A stretch of 37,428 nucleotides of DNA from a virus. Lineage: Duplodnaviria; Caudoviricetes. The notes beneath the pieces are model-generated. The model made no database searches, was not told the DNA's origin, and was given only the letters and a program-made list of their open reading frames with translations. How positions within the stretch are numbered: the first letter of the stretch is position 1; each line of letters opens with the position of its first letter. Below are positions 25,675 to 35,338 of this stretch, piece after piece. The translations under genes were made by a program, and so were the position numbers. The stretch spans positions 1 through 37,428 of the IMG/VR virus record IMGVR_UViG_3300032212_000075; one strand, 5' to 3'.

Positions 25675-25755
25675 AGGTTGTAAATTCAGCCTTTAAGTGT
25701 CGAAATTTACGGGGTTAAGACAAAATAACACACCAATAAGGAGAAAATTGTCAGT

Positions 25756-26049
25756 ATGTCCGAAATACAAATATCAAAACACGCAAGAAAAAGGATCGCC
25801 GAGCGCGTTAAAATACCCAAAAGGGCAGTTGATAACCACGTCGCTAAGTCAATCCAAGAAGGTAAAACCGTTGCAGATTACGAGGGCGGCGTTAAAAATT
25901 ACCTTAAAGACCGATACCGCATAAGAAACGGCGTTGATCTGATCGTAGTGTTCCAAGATTACATTTATGTGTGGGCTAACGGTGTACTTGTGACCGTCCT
26001 TTCTCTTCCTGATTGGGTGAAAGATGAAATTAAAAATTCCAACGGCTAG
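25756..26049 (+). CDS. Small basic protein with DUF4258/RelE-like (BECR-fold) signature, inserted between terS and terL
   Basis: IQISKHARKRIAER...IYVWANGVLVTVL; AAGGAG RBS and own ~80-bp upstream spacer. Confidence 0.55.
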   Translation: MSEIQISKHARKRIAERVKIPKRAVDNHVAKSIQEGKTVADYEGGVKNYLKDRYRIRNGVDLIVVFQDYIYVWANGVLVTVLSLPDWVKDEIKNSNG

Positions 26050-27331
26050 AGTTTTCAAGCCGCTTCTACAGGATGCGCGGTATAAAGGTGCTGAAGGTGG
26101 TCGCGCTTCTGCTAAGTCTCACTTCTTTGCGGGATTAATGGTTGAAGAGCATTTAATGTTTCCGGGATTTCGTTCTGTTTGTTTGCGGGAAGTGCAACAA
26201 TCATTGAAGGACTCGGCCAAGCTTTTACTTGAAGATAAGATTAAAGAGTTCAATCTTGAAGAAATGGGGTTTCGTGTTCTAAATGACAGAATAGAAACGC
26301 CCGGTGATGGCCAGATAATTTTCAAAGGCCTTAAAGACCAAAGCGCCGAAACCATTAAATCTCTTGAAGGCTTTGATCGTGCATGGTGTGAAGAGGCGCA
26401 AACCCTTACTAAGCGATCACTTAACCTTTTACGCCCTACAATTCGCAAGCCCGGTTCCCAAATATGGTTTAGCTGGAACCCTCGGTTTAAAACTGATGCG
26501 GTTGAAAAGCTTCTGAAGGGCGAAGAAACACCAACAAGCGCCATCGTGGTCCGTTCAAACTGGAACAATAACCCTTGGTTTCCTGATGTGATGGAAACAG
26601 AGCGGCAAGATGATTTGCGTCTTAACCCGGATGAATACGATCATATTTGGGAAGGTGGCTATATGCAGGCAGTGCAAGGCTCTTACTACGCCAAGCACAT
26701 TACCGCAGCACGTAAGGAAAATAGAATTGGCCGTGTCGCACGCGATCCGCTGGCAAAGGTTTATGTCTATTGCGATATAGGCGGGGCTTCACAAAAATCA
26801 GATGCTTTCTCTATGTGGGCTGTTCAATTTATTGGAAAAGAAGTGCGAGTTATCAGGCATTATGAAGCAATTGGGCAGGAGATAGGCGACCATGTGTTTT
26901 GGCTACGGGAAAATGATTTACAAAGCGCCATCATTAAATTACCGCACGATGGCAACAAGACGGAATCAATGCACCGGATCACATGGAAAAGTGAGTTTAC
27001 GAAAGCAGGCTTTAAAGTTGATGTTTTACCGAATACAGGCGAAGGCGCAGCATTAAGGCGGATACAGGCAACGCGCAATGTTTGGCCTAATGTGTGGATG
27101 GATGAAGAAGCGTGTGATGAATACGGTGGATTAACGGCCTTAGCCTGCTATCACGAAAAGAAGGATGCAAAGCGAAATGTTGGCCTTGGCCCTAACCATG
27201 ATTGGGCAAGTCATTCTTCTGATGCGTTTGGGGAAATGTGTCTTGATTATCAGCGAATGACTAAGGCAACGCCGAAAAACAAACCTAAAATGCGCCGCAA
27301 AGCCTCTCAAGGTGGTTGGCTTGGGAGATGA
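26024..27331 (+). CDS. terL: Terminase large subunit (PBSX-like)
   Basis: RYKGAEGGRASAKSHFFA Walker A, CLREVQQSLKDS, Walker B AWCEEAQ, SWNP, nuclease CDIG...LPHDG...HDWASHSSDAF. Confidence 0.95.
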   Translation: MKLKIPTARVFKPLLQDARYKGAEGGRASAKSHFFAGLMVEEHLMFPGFRSVCLREVQQSLKDSAKLLLEDKIKEFNLEEMGFRVLNDRIETPGDGQIIFKGLKDQSAETIKSLEGFDRAWCEEAQTLTKRSLNLLRPTIRKPGSQIWFSWNPRFKTDAVEKLLKGEETPTSAIVVRSNWNNNPWFPDVMETERQDDLRLNPDEYDHIWEGGYMQAVQGSYYAKHITAARKENRIGRVARDPLAKVYVYCDIGGASQKSDAFSMWAVQFIGKEVRVIRHYEAIGQEIGDHVFWLRENDLQSAIIKLPHDGNKTESMHRITWKSEFTKAGFKVDVLPNTGEGAALRRIQATRNVWPNVWMDEEACDEYGGLTALACYHEKKDAKRNVGLGPNHDWASHSSDAFGEMCLDYQRMTKATPKNKPKMRRKASQGGWLGR

Positions 27332-27534
27332 TGAAGCGATATGGCGATATTGGCAGCGTAAGATTTCGCCTTGTTGGGTGGTCAATAAAATCTCTCTCTT
27401 ATCACTACAATTTAATAAGGGATGGTCATAATAAAGCTGTTCATGTTAATAATATGCGGGAATTGAAGAACGAAATCGCATTATTTGACGAAGAACGGAA
27501 CAGCAATGGCACAAAAAAAAAGCAGTATAGATAA
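27328..27534 (+). CDS. Hypothetical protein between terL and portal
   Basis: ATGA overlap with terL stop; ~68 aa. Confidence 0.4.
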   Translation: MMKRYGDIGSVRFRLVGWSIKSLSYHYNLIRDGHNKAVHVNNMRELKNEIALFDEERNSNGTKKKQYR

Positions 27535-29641
27535 GCTTTACCCGAAGAAAGCCAAGGCTAAAAAGGGTGAGAATCAAGACACTAATCTTTTAAAGGTGGC
27601 TCGCGAACGAGCAAGGGACGGCGCGACTTACTGGAGGGAGAATTGGGATGCTGCCGATGATGACCTTCGTTTTCTTGCAGGAGAACAATGGCCATCTCAA
27701 GTCCGTACCGAACGCGAACTTGAAGAGCGACCTTGTTTAACAAATAACGTACTTCCCACCTTTGTTGACCAAATCTTAGGCGACCAGCGCCAGAACAAAC
27801 CCTCAATTAAAGTTAGTGCCACAGATGCCACTCTTGTTCCTTCTGGCGAAAACGAAGAATCCCAAACTCTTAAAATATCCAACATTACCGAAAACAAAGA
27901 ATACGAAATTGCTGAAGTGTTTCAGGGTAAAATCCGAGATATTGAATATAATTGTAACGCTGAAGATGCGTATGATATTGCGTTTAAGGGGTCTACGCAA
28001 TCTGGTTTTGGGTATCTGCGCGTGAGAAGCGACTATCTTCTTGATGATACCTTTGAGCAAGACTTGCTTATCGAAGCGATTGAAAATCAATTTGCTGTAA
28101 CGTTTGATCCGAGTGCCAAGAAGCCCCTAAAAGACGATGCGGGATGGGTGCTAATTGATGACTTTATGCTGAAGGATAAGTTTAAAGAGCTTTATCCAGA
28201 TGCAACGTCCGAACCTTTAGACAGTGCTGATGAATATATTGGCTCTTGGTTTGCTGAAAAAATGGTTCGCGTTTCAGAATATTTCACAAGAGAACCTGTT
28301 ATTCGTGAAGTGGCGCTTATGTCCGATGGTTCTTCTATGTGGATTGATGAAATAGAGCCTGTTGTTGACGAGCTTTTGGAAAAGGGTATTAGCATCGTTC
28401 GCACACGAAAAGTAAAAACCTTTAAAGTGATGTGGCGTAAAATTTCGGCTTATAACGTTCTTGAAGGTCCAGTTGAAATTCCTTGCACAACAATTCCCGT
28501 TGTCCCGGTGTGGGGTAAATCTATCTCTATAAAGACACGTAAAATATACTTATCTGCAATCCGTCATAGCAAAGACGCGCAACGCATGGCTAACTATTGG
28601 GACAGTGCGGCAACCGAAACCGTTGCTCTTGCTCCTAAAGCGCCATTTGTAGGGACGGCGGAGCATATTGAAGGGTATGAAGACGAGTGGAAGCAGGCGA
28701 ATACAAACAATATGTCTATCTTGCCTTACAATGCTATGTCTCCAACTGATCCGGGGCCGCGCCGTCAACCGCCTGCCTTGATGCCTTCAGCGGAGATAAC
28801 TCTTGGGCTTAATTCTGTAGACAAGATTAAATCTACTATGGGTATGTTTGATGCTTCAATTGGCGCTAGGGGAAATGAAACAAGCGGTAAAGCAATTATG
28901 GCGCGCCAGCGTGAAGCCGATGTGGGTTCGTTTGAGTTTATAGACAATTTGAGCAAGTCAATCCGCCGTGTTGGGCAATTGTTGGTTGAAATGATCCCTC
29001 AAGTTTATGATACCGAAAGAGTGGTTCGACTGAAGTTCTCGGATGAAACAGAAGATTTTATAAAAATCAATCAACAAATTTATGACGATGAAAGCGGTGA
29101 ATGGGTGACTATTCATGACTTATCTGTTGGTAAGTATGATGTTGTTGTTTCAACTGGCCCGGCATATACCACACAGCGCATGGAAGCTGCGGAAAGCATG
29201 ATTGCATTTGCGCAAGCTGTACCCGCCGCCGCTGGCGTAATGGCCGACCTAATAGCTCAAAACATGGATTGGCCCGGATCTGATGTGATAGCCGCACGGT
29301 TGAAAAAGATTGTACCGCCAAATGTGTTGACTGAGGAAGAACGCAAGGTGATAGCCGAAGATCAACCAGAACAGAATCAAGGGCCAACACCGGAGCAGGC
29401 TTTAGCGGCTAAAGAACTTGATGTTAAAGATAAGCAAGCCGATGCGGATTTTGCCACAGCCGAAGCAAAAGAAGCACAGGCACAAGCAACCGCATTGAAA
29501 GCACAACTTGAAAGCCAAGAGGCGCAACAGCAAATGGCAAACATTGAGGCTGGCGCAAATTCTGGTGATGCTGAAATGCAAATGGTTCGGGAAATGGTGG
29601 CGCAAGCCATTGCTGAAATCATGGAAAACAAGCCTGAATAA
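27506..29641 (+). CDS. Portal protein (P22-like)
   Basis: DDLRFLAGEQWP...RPCLTNN...IRHSKDAQRMANYW...ETSGKAIMARQ...GKYDVVVSTGPAYTTQR, C-terminal coiled-coil barrel. Confidence 0.92.
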   Translation: MAQKKSSIDKLYPKKAKAKKGENQDTNLLKVARERARDGATYWRENWDAADDDLRFLAGEQWPSQVRTERELEERPCLTNNVLPTFVDQILGDQRQNKPSIKVSATDATLVPSGENEESQTLKISNITENKEYEIAEVFQGKIRDIEYNCNAEDAYDIAFKGSTQSGFGYLRVRSDYLLDDTFEQDLLIEAIENQFAVTFDPSAKKPLKDDAGWVLIDDFMLKDKFKELYPDATSEPLDSADEYIGSWFAEKMVRVSEYFTREPVIREVALMSDGSSMWIDEIEPVVDELLEKGISIVRTRKVKTFKVMWRKISAYNVLEGPVEIPCTTIPVVPVWGKSISIKTRKIYLSAIRHSKDAQRMANYWDSAATETVALAPKAPFVGTAEHIEGYEDEWKQANTNNMSILPYNAMSPTDPGPRRQPPALMPSAEITLGLNSVDKIKSTMGMFDASIGARGNETSGKAIMARQREADVGSFEFIDNLSKSIRRVGQLLVEMIPQVYDTERVVRLKFSDETEDFIKINQQIYDDESGEWVTIHDLSVGKYDVVVSTGPAYTTQRMEAAESMIAFAQAVPAAAGVMADLIAQNMDWPGSDVIAARLKKIVPPNVLTEEERKVIAEDQPEQNQGPTPEQALAAKELDVKDKQADADFATAEAKEAQAQATALKAQLESQEAQQQMANIEAGANSGDAEMQMVREMVAQAIAEIMENKPE

Positions 29642-29649
29642 GCACAATG

Positions 29650-29678
29650 TTTACATAAATGTTGTGTTTGGTTAGTAT
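29650..29678 (+). promoter_or_regulatory. Putative sigma70 promoter for scaffold/coat genes
   Basis: TTTACA-N17-TAGTAT, overlapped by ACATAAATGT palindrome. Confidence 0.5.
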
Positions 29679-29737
29679 GTAACCGCTACTTGTGGCGTTA
29701 AGCATAAGGTAAAATTCGTTCAAATGGAGAGAGCGCT

Positions 29738-30664
29738 GTGTCCGAAGAGGAAACGAAAGTCGATGAGACTGCAAATTTTAAAACTGTAACAACTGATGTT
29801 CCAGAGGTAAAAGACGAGTCGCAAGGTGAAGAAGAGGTGACGGAAAGCGCAACCGAAACCAAATCTGAAGTTGACGGCGAAGCCAAGGCAGAAGAAGCCA
29901 AACCTACTGAAACAGAAGATGCAGACGGCAACGATGATGCCGCGAAAACGGAAAAGAAGGCGAAGCCTAAAAAGCCGTTTCAAAAACGCATTGGAGAGCT
30001 AACAAGGGAACGCGAAGATGCTCGGCGTGAAGTTGAAGCTAAGGAACGCGAGAATGCCGAACTGCGAAAGCAGCTTGAAGCTAAGTCTGAAAAGGCAAAA
30101 GAGCCCGTAGAAGATGATTTTGATACCTACGACGATTATCTTGCGGCACTTGATACTTTTGAAAAAGGGCAACCGGAAACAAAAGCCAAAGAGCCAAGTG
30201 ATAAAAAGTCTAATGATGACAAATCAAAGGAAACAGGTTTATCGGATTCACAGAAAACCGCGATGGCTATTGTAAAAGAAGCCGTGGACTCTGCTGAAGA
30301 CAAGCCGGAAGATTTTGACAAAGTTGCGCTTGCGGAAGATGTTCATGTTACCGGAGAAATGCTTGAGGCTTTGGCCGAATGCGATAATCCACACAAAGTA
30401 ATGTACGCATTAGGGCAGGATAAAGACCTTTCGGCTCAGATTGCCGGGAAAACTCCCGTACAGCAAATGCGAGAAATCGCAAAACTTGATTTGGCGCAGG
30501 CCGACGCAAAACCGAAAAAGCCTGTAAAAACAACAAAAGCGCCGGACCCTATCGAACCTGTTGGCGGTTCTAATGTTCAAGAGAAGCCCATTGAAGAAAT
30601 GAGCTACAAGGAATATGAAGCCACACGCAACAAGCAAGAGCGGGAACGTTCGCATACTTGGTAA
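29738..30664 (+). CDS. Scaffolding protein
   Basis: Acidic/charged, FQKRIGELTRER, EDDFDTYDDYLAAL, APDPIEPV, MSYKEY; between portal and coat. Confidence 0.8.
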   Translation: MSEEETKVDETANFKTVTTDVPEVKDESQGEEEVTESATETKSEVDGEAKAEEAKPTETEDADGNDDAAKTEKKAKPKKPFQKRIGELTREREDARREVEAKERENAELRKQLEAKSEKAKEPVEDDFDTYDDYLAALDTFEKGQPETKAKEPSDKKSNDDKSKETGLSDSQKTAMAIVKEAVDSAEDKPEDFDKVALAEDVHVTGEMLEALAECDNPHKVMYALGQDKDLSAQIAGKTPVQQMREIAKLDLAQADAKPKKPVKTTKAPDPIEPVGGSNVQEKPIEEMSYKEYEATRNKQERERSHTW

Positions 30665-30676
30665 AGGATTTGAACA

Positions 30677-31930
30677 ATGGCTGTTCAGAACAACAATCTA
30701 CTCACAGATGATGTAATAGCGAACGAAGCGTTGCGTCTCCTAAAAAACAATCTAGTAATGGCAAAATGTGTTTACCGGAATTACGAGCAAACTTTTGGTA
30801 AGGTAGGCGACACAATCCGCCTTAAATTGCCTTTCCGCGTGAAATCGGCTTCGGGTCGCCTTCTTGTTAAGCAACCTCTTGTCGATCAAACCATTCCACT
30901 TGTTATTCAAAACCAAGAGCACGTTGGCCTTGAGGTAACAGTGAAAGACCGCACTTTGGATATTGCGCATTTTTCAGAGCGTTATCTGAAATCTGGAATG
31001 GTGCAGATTGCAAACCAAATTGATAGTTCTCTTGCGAACACACTGAAGCAAGCTTTCCATTCTTCGGGAACACCGGGAACACGTCCGGGCGCGTATATTG
31101 ACTTTGCGAACGCTGCGGCCAAGCAAACAACTTATGCGGTTCCTAATGACGGTATGCGCCATATGGTTCTTGACCCGTTCACTTGCGCTTCTTTGTCAGA
31201 CAATGTTACCAAATTGTTTAAAGAATCAATGGTCGAAACGGCGTTTAAGAATGGCTATATGGGTAAAACTGCTACCTATGAAGTTTATGAAAGTCAGAAC
31301 TTGCCGAAGCACACAGTTGGTGCTCTTGGTGGAACGCCTTTGGTTGCTGGTACGATTACCAACGGTTCAAGCGTTACAACTGATGGCTGGACGGCTTCGG
31401 TTACTGGCGTTCTTCTGGAAGGCGATGTGATTACCTTTGCTGGTGTTTATGGTGTTAACCCTCAAAACTACACCTCAACCGGAATGCTGCAAGAGTTTGT
31501 GGTGACGGCTGATGTTGATAGTGATGGCTCTGGATTGGCAACTATTCCAATTTCACCAGCTATCAATGATGGTACAGCGACAATCACGAACGCAGACGGC
31601 GACACGGTTTCAATCGGTGCTTACCAGAATGTCACCAATGTTCCGGCTGATAACGCGGTTATTACGGTTCTTGGTGCGGCTGGCGTTACATACGAGCAAA
31701 ACTATCTGTTCCACCGTGACGCAATAGCACTGGCAATGATTGATTTGGAACTTCCACAATCAGCCGTTGTTAAAGCGCGTGCCTCCGATCCTGAAACCGG
31801 GCTTTCCCTGCTTATGTCCGCGGCTTATGACATTACGGAGCAATCTGAAATTACCCGGATTGATGCGGTGTGGGGGTCGAAACTTATCTATCCTGAATTA
31901 GCCCTTCGACTTTGGGGCGATAACTCATAG
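30677..31930 (+). CDS. Major capsid protein (P22 coat family)
   Basis: EALRLLKNNLV...KVGDTIRLKLP...FSERYLK...ANQID...GDVITFAGV...NYLFHRDAIALA...RIDAVWG. Confidence 0.93.
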   Translation: MAVQNNNLLTDDVIANEALRLLKNNLVMAKCVYRNYEQTFGKVGDTIRLKLPFRVKSASGRLLVKQPLVDQTIPLVIQNQEHVGLEVTVKDRTLDIAHFSERYLKSGMVQIANQIDSSLANTLKQAFHSSGTPGTRPGAYIDFANAAAKQTTYAVPNDGMRHMVLDPFTCASLSDNVTKLFKESMVETAFKNGYMGKTATYEVYESQNLPKHTVGALGGTPLVAGTITNGSSVTTDGWTASVTGVLLEGDVITFAGVYGVNPQNYTSTGMLQEFVVTADVDSDGSGLATIPISPAINDGTATITNADGDTVSIGAYQNVTNVPADNAVITVLGAAGVTYEQNYLFHRDAIALAMIDLELPQSAVVKARASDPETGLSLLMSAAYDITEQSEITRIDAVWGSKLIYPELALRLWGDNS

Positions 31931-31948
31931 GTCGAAAGACTTAAAAAA

Positions 31949-31977
31949 GAAGGGGCCGCTAAGAACGGCCTCTTTTC
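31949..31977 (+). terminator. Intrinsic terminator after capsid gene
   Basis: GAAGGGGCCG-CTAAGAA-CGGCCTCTTTT. Confidence 0.7.
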
Positions 31978-32004
31978 CCATTAACAGCAAATGCGAGAAA
32001 TACA

Positions 32005-32598
32005 TTGAAACAGATAAATCAAACCTTTGATAAACCAACTTTCCTTTTCCATGAGGATTGCCCAAGCGGTGAAATGTTCACCGCTTGCGATGTTGAGCAA
32101 AAGCTAGAAGAAGGTTGGGTTGATACGCCTGCCCGGTTAAAGCTCCCTGAAAATGGCGACATTGAAACTGGAATTACCGAAGAAAGTGTTAAAGAAGCAT
32201 CGGCACAAGACATTGTGAAAGCGTGTGAGGCAATGGGCTTTATTGTTCTAACGCCAGAGCAAATGAAGGCTGAAGCTGTCAAGATGGCGGAAATTGCATT
32301 CAATGCTGAAAACTTACGAGATGAAACTGTTATTGCCGAGTTTGAGCGCCGTTTTGGTAACGATAAAGTTGAAGTAATTGATCATGAAGATGTTCAAGAC
32401 GAAGAAACAGAACAAGCTGAAAATGAACCAGAAGATTTCAGTGTTAAGCTTTTGGCTCAATTCAACGAGAAACCAGAAGCATTGAATAAAGACGAACTTC
32501 TTGTTCTCGGAAATGGCAAGTTTGATTTAGGGCTTCGTTCTAATATGAAAGAAGCCACAATGATTGCTCGCATTACTGCGGCATTAAACGAGGAATAA
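32005..32598 (+). CDS. Hypothetical acidic head-region protein
   Basis: 197 aa, EEGWVDTPA motif common downstream of P22-type coat genes. Confidence 0.65.
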   Translation: MKQINQTFDKPTFLFHEDCPSGEMFTACDVEQKLEEGWVDTPARLKLPENGDIETGITEESVKEASAQDIVKACEAMGFIVLTPEQMKAEAVKMAEIAFNAENLRDETVIAEFERRFGNDKVEVIDHEDVQDEETEQAENEPEDFSVKLLAQFNEKPEALNKDELLVLGNGKFDLGLRSNMKEATMIARITAALNEE

Positions 32599-32602
32599 AA
32601 CG

Positions 32603-33343
32603 ATGGCAACAACGGTAGGGGATATTATCAGGGCATCACTACGCAAGATTAAGGTGTTGGCCGCTGGCGAACCCCTACCGGCCTCAGACGGGCAAGATGC
32701 AAAAGAAGTGTTTGAGCTTATGGTTGATGATTGGACAACCGAACAGCTTCTTATCCCGGTTGTTTCTGTAGTGACGGGAACTCTTGTTGAAAATGAAGGT
32801 GATTATACGATTGGCATTTGGCCTTCTGGTGTTGCGCCTGCAACCCATATTGAGACGCCGCGCCCTGAAGAAATACTTGCCGCGTTTATTCGTGACACTT
32901 CCGGCACAGATTATATTCAAGAAATTATCGACGTAGAAACCTATTCACGCATTAGCCGTAAATCTAATGCTTCTCGCCCTTCTCGTTTCTATCTTCAAAA
33001 AGGATGGCCTCTTAACACTATAAGGTTTGAAAGCCTTCCTTATCAGGATGAAGTTTTACATTTATCAGTGGTTCAACCGCTTGCTGGTGTTTTGCCGACT
33101 ACCAGCTTAACCGATGAAGTGAACCTTCCACCCGGATATAAACAAACACTTATCTATAACCTTGCAATTCTCTTGGCTGATGAATGGGGCGGAACAATAA
33201 CGCCTTCTATTGCCACAATCGCCACTGAAGGTAAAAAACGGATTAAGCGTGCTAACTGGCGCAAGATTGTTCTTGGTATGGATAGAGCGGTTGCCACGCA
33301 GCGAAAAGGTATTGGAACTTACATAATTGAACAGGGGCCGTAA
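32603..33343 (+). CDS. Head-tail connector (P22 gp4-like)
   Basis: TTVGDIIRASLRKIKVLAAGE...LPPGYKQTLIYNLAILLADEWG. Confidence 0.75.
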   Translation: MATTVGDIIRASLRKIKVLAAGEPLPASDGQDAKEVFELMVDDWTTEQLLIPVVSVVTGTLVENEGDYTIGIWPSGVAPATHIETPRPEEILAAFIRDTSGTDYIQEIIDVETYSRISRKSNASRPSRFYLQKGWPLNTIRFESLPYQDEVLHLSVVQPLAGVLPTTSLTDEVNLPPGYKQTLIYNLAILLADEWGGTITPSIATIATEGKKRIKRANWRKIVLGMDRAVATQRKGIGTYIIEQGP

Positions 33344-34725
33344 TGGGAATGCAAACTGAAATACCATTAGCAACTACAGTTTCAGAACAAGATATTTCTG
33401 GACGGGAAAAGCTTGTGAATCTTACGCCTCGAATTTCTACGGGCGGTAAGTACCAGTTTAACTTAATGGGAACGCCGGGTTTAACCTTGTTCCTTACGCT
33501 TCCAAGTGGGCCAATGCTGCAAACAGTTGTAGACAAAGAGCGCGCCTTTGCTGTTACTTCGTCGCGGTTTTATGAGATTTTCGCTAATGGTACTTATTCA
33601 GACTTAGGTGCGGTAAGTCTTACCGGAACTCGCGTTGTTATGGCGGGAAATGGACTTCAGGTTGTCGCTGTTGACGGTGTTAGAGGTTATTATTACGACA
33701 CCACAAGTGGGACAGTTAGCCAGATTACAGATGCCGCATTTTATCCAGCCGCCACAGTAACCTTTCAAGATCAATATTTAATATTTGACCGCAAAGGCAC
33801 CGGGCAATTTTTTATATCAAAGCTTGCCAGTGTTGCATTTGATCCGCTTGATTTCGCAACGGCTGAAGGACAAAACGATAATCTTGTTGCTGTACTAAGC
33901 GACCATAGAGAATTGTTTCTTTTCGGAACCACTTCTATTGAGGTTTGGTTTAACTCAGGCGATGCCGATTTTCCTTTTGAAAGAAACCAAGGCGCATTTA
34001 TTGAAAAAGGGTGCGCGGCTCGTTACTCGGTAGCAAAGCAAGACAACACCGTTTTTTTCCTTGGTAGTGATTTAATTGTCTACAAAATGGAAGGTTACGC
34101 ACCAAATAGAATAAGCTCACACGCTGTAGAAGAAACATTGAAAAATGTTAGCCTTGATGATGCATTTGCTTACACCTACCAGAAAGACGGGCAGCTTTTC
34201 TATGTGTTAACAATTCCAGCAAGCAACATTACTTGGGCTTACAATATTTCTACAAACACATGGGATATTAGAAGCTCTTACCAAGACGAGCGCCATATTG
34301 GAAATAATGCTATATTTTTCGGTGGTAAAACGCTTATTGGTGATTGCCGCAATGGCAACATTTATGCTTATGACGAAAAGAAATATTCAGAGAACGGGGA
34401 AAATCTTGTTCGCGAGCTAATTCTTCCGACTGTAAATGTTGGTAGAGAATATTCTTCCGTTAGTAGCCTTGAAATTGATATGACAACGGGCGTTGGTTTA
34501 GTTTCGGGCCAAGGGTCAAACCCGTTAGCGGAAATGAGGTTTTCAAAGGATGGCGGAAAAACGTGGTCTAATTGGAAGCAAGCCAACATTGGGAAAATAG
34601 GCGAATATTTAACGCGAGTTAAATGGAATCGGCTGGGGACTGCCCGGCAATTTATCTTTCATGTAAGAATATCCGACCCTATCCCGATTGATATTGGCGG
34701 CGCATATGTGGAACTTGAATCATGA
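33343..34725 (+). CDS. Packaged DNA stabilisation / tail hub protein (P22 gp10-like)
   Basis: LMGTPGL...DPLDFATAEGQNDNLV...FGTTSIEVW...GCAARYSVA...SKDGGKTWS...GKIGEYLTRVKWNRLG. Confidence 0.88.
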   Translation: MGMQTEIPLATTVSEQDISGREKLVNLTPRISTGGKYQFNLMGTPGLTLFLTLPSGPMLQTVVDKERAFAVTSSRFYEIFANGTYSDLGAVSLTGTRVVMAGNGLQVVAVDGVRGYYYDTTSGTVSQITDAAFYPAATVTFQDQYLIFDRKGTGQFFISKLASVAFDPLDFATAEGQNDNLVAVLSDHRELFLFGTTSIEVWFNSGDADFPFERNQGAFIEKGCAARYSVAKQDNTVFFLGSDLIVYKMEGYAPNRISSHAVEETLKNVSLDDAFAYTYQKDGQLFYVLTIPASNITWAYNISTNTWDIRSSYQDERHIGNNAIFFGGKTLIGDCRNGNIYAYDEKKYSENGENLVRELILPTVNVGREYSSVSSLEIDMTTGVGLVSGQGSNPLAEMRFSKDGGKTWSNWKQANIGKIGEYLTRVKWNRLGTARQFIFHVRISDPIPIDIGGAYVELES

Positions 34726-35330
34726 CTGTTGTTAATCAGGTTCCAACACCGCCGCTTCAGGTGCCAATACTTGATAATAATGGTCGCATGTCAAAGCCGT
34801 GGGCGATCTTTAACCGCGAGCTTTATAATTATCTCGCCTACAAAGGCGGAAATTCAATTAGTGGGTTAGATGTCCGTGTAGCAGCAAACGAGGAACAAAT
34901 AGCCTTAAACGTCGCCGCGATTGCAGTAAACGCCGCCGCTATCTCCGTTAATGCAGACAACATACAAATAAACGCCGACGATATTGCTGACCTTGATACA
35001 AACTTTGACGCGCACGTTGCGGCTGATGCGGCGCATGGTTCCAATGGTGATATTGTTGGCTTTAATGATTTAGCCACAGAGATTTTACGCGGGTTAGTCC
35101 TTCAAATGGATCTGGTTAACAATGCCGTAAATTCATCAACTTCAGCGGTTGGTAGCGCAAATGCGCAAACGGGTGTATATGTTCAAGCGGATGTACAGTC
35201 TATTGCAGACTTAGCAAACAGCACAAAGACTGCGGTTAATACGTTGGTTACAGATGTTAATAATGTGGTAACTCAATTGAATGATTTAATCGCAAAAAGT
35301 AAAACAGCCGGTCAAATGAATACCGTTTAA
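34722..35330 (+). CDS. Tail needle-like trimeric coiled-coil protein (gp26 position)
   Basis: GRMSKPWAIF N-terminus; heptads IALNVAA-IAVNAAA-ISVNADN-IQINADD. Confidence 0.65.
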   Translation: MTVVNQVPTPPLQVPILDNNGRMSKPWAIFNRELYNYLAYKGGNSISGLDVRVAANEEQIALNVAAIAVNAAAISVNADNIQINADDIADLDTNFDAHVAADAAHGSNGDIVGFNDLATEILRGLVLQMDLVNNAVNSSTSAVGSANAQTGVYVQADVQSIADLANSTKTAVNTLVTDVNNVVTQLNDLIAKSKTAGQMNTV

Positions 35331-35338
35331 GGATTGAA

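Noticed and set aside
34880-35000. 21-nt periodic repeats as a CRISPR or DNA repeat array
   Set aside because: They encode coiled-coil heptads of the needle protein; no repeat-spacer structure
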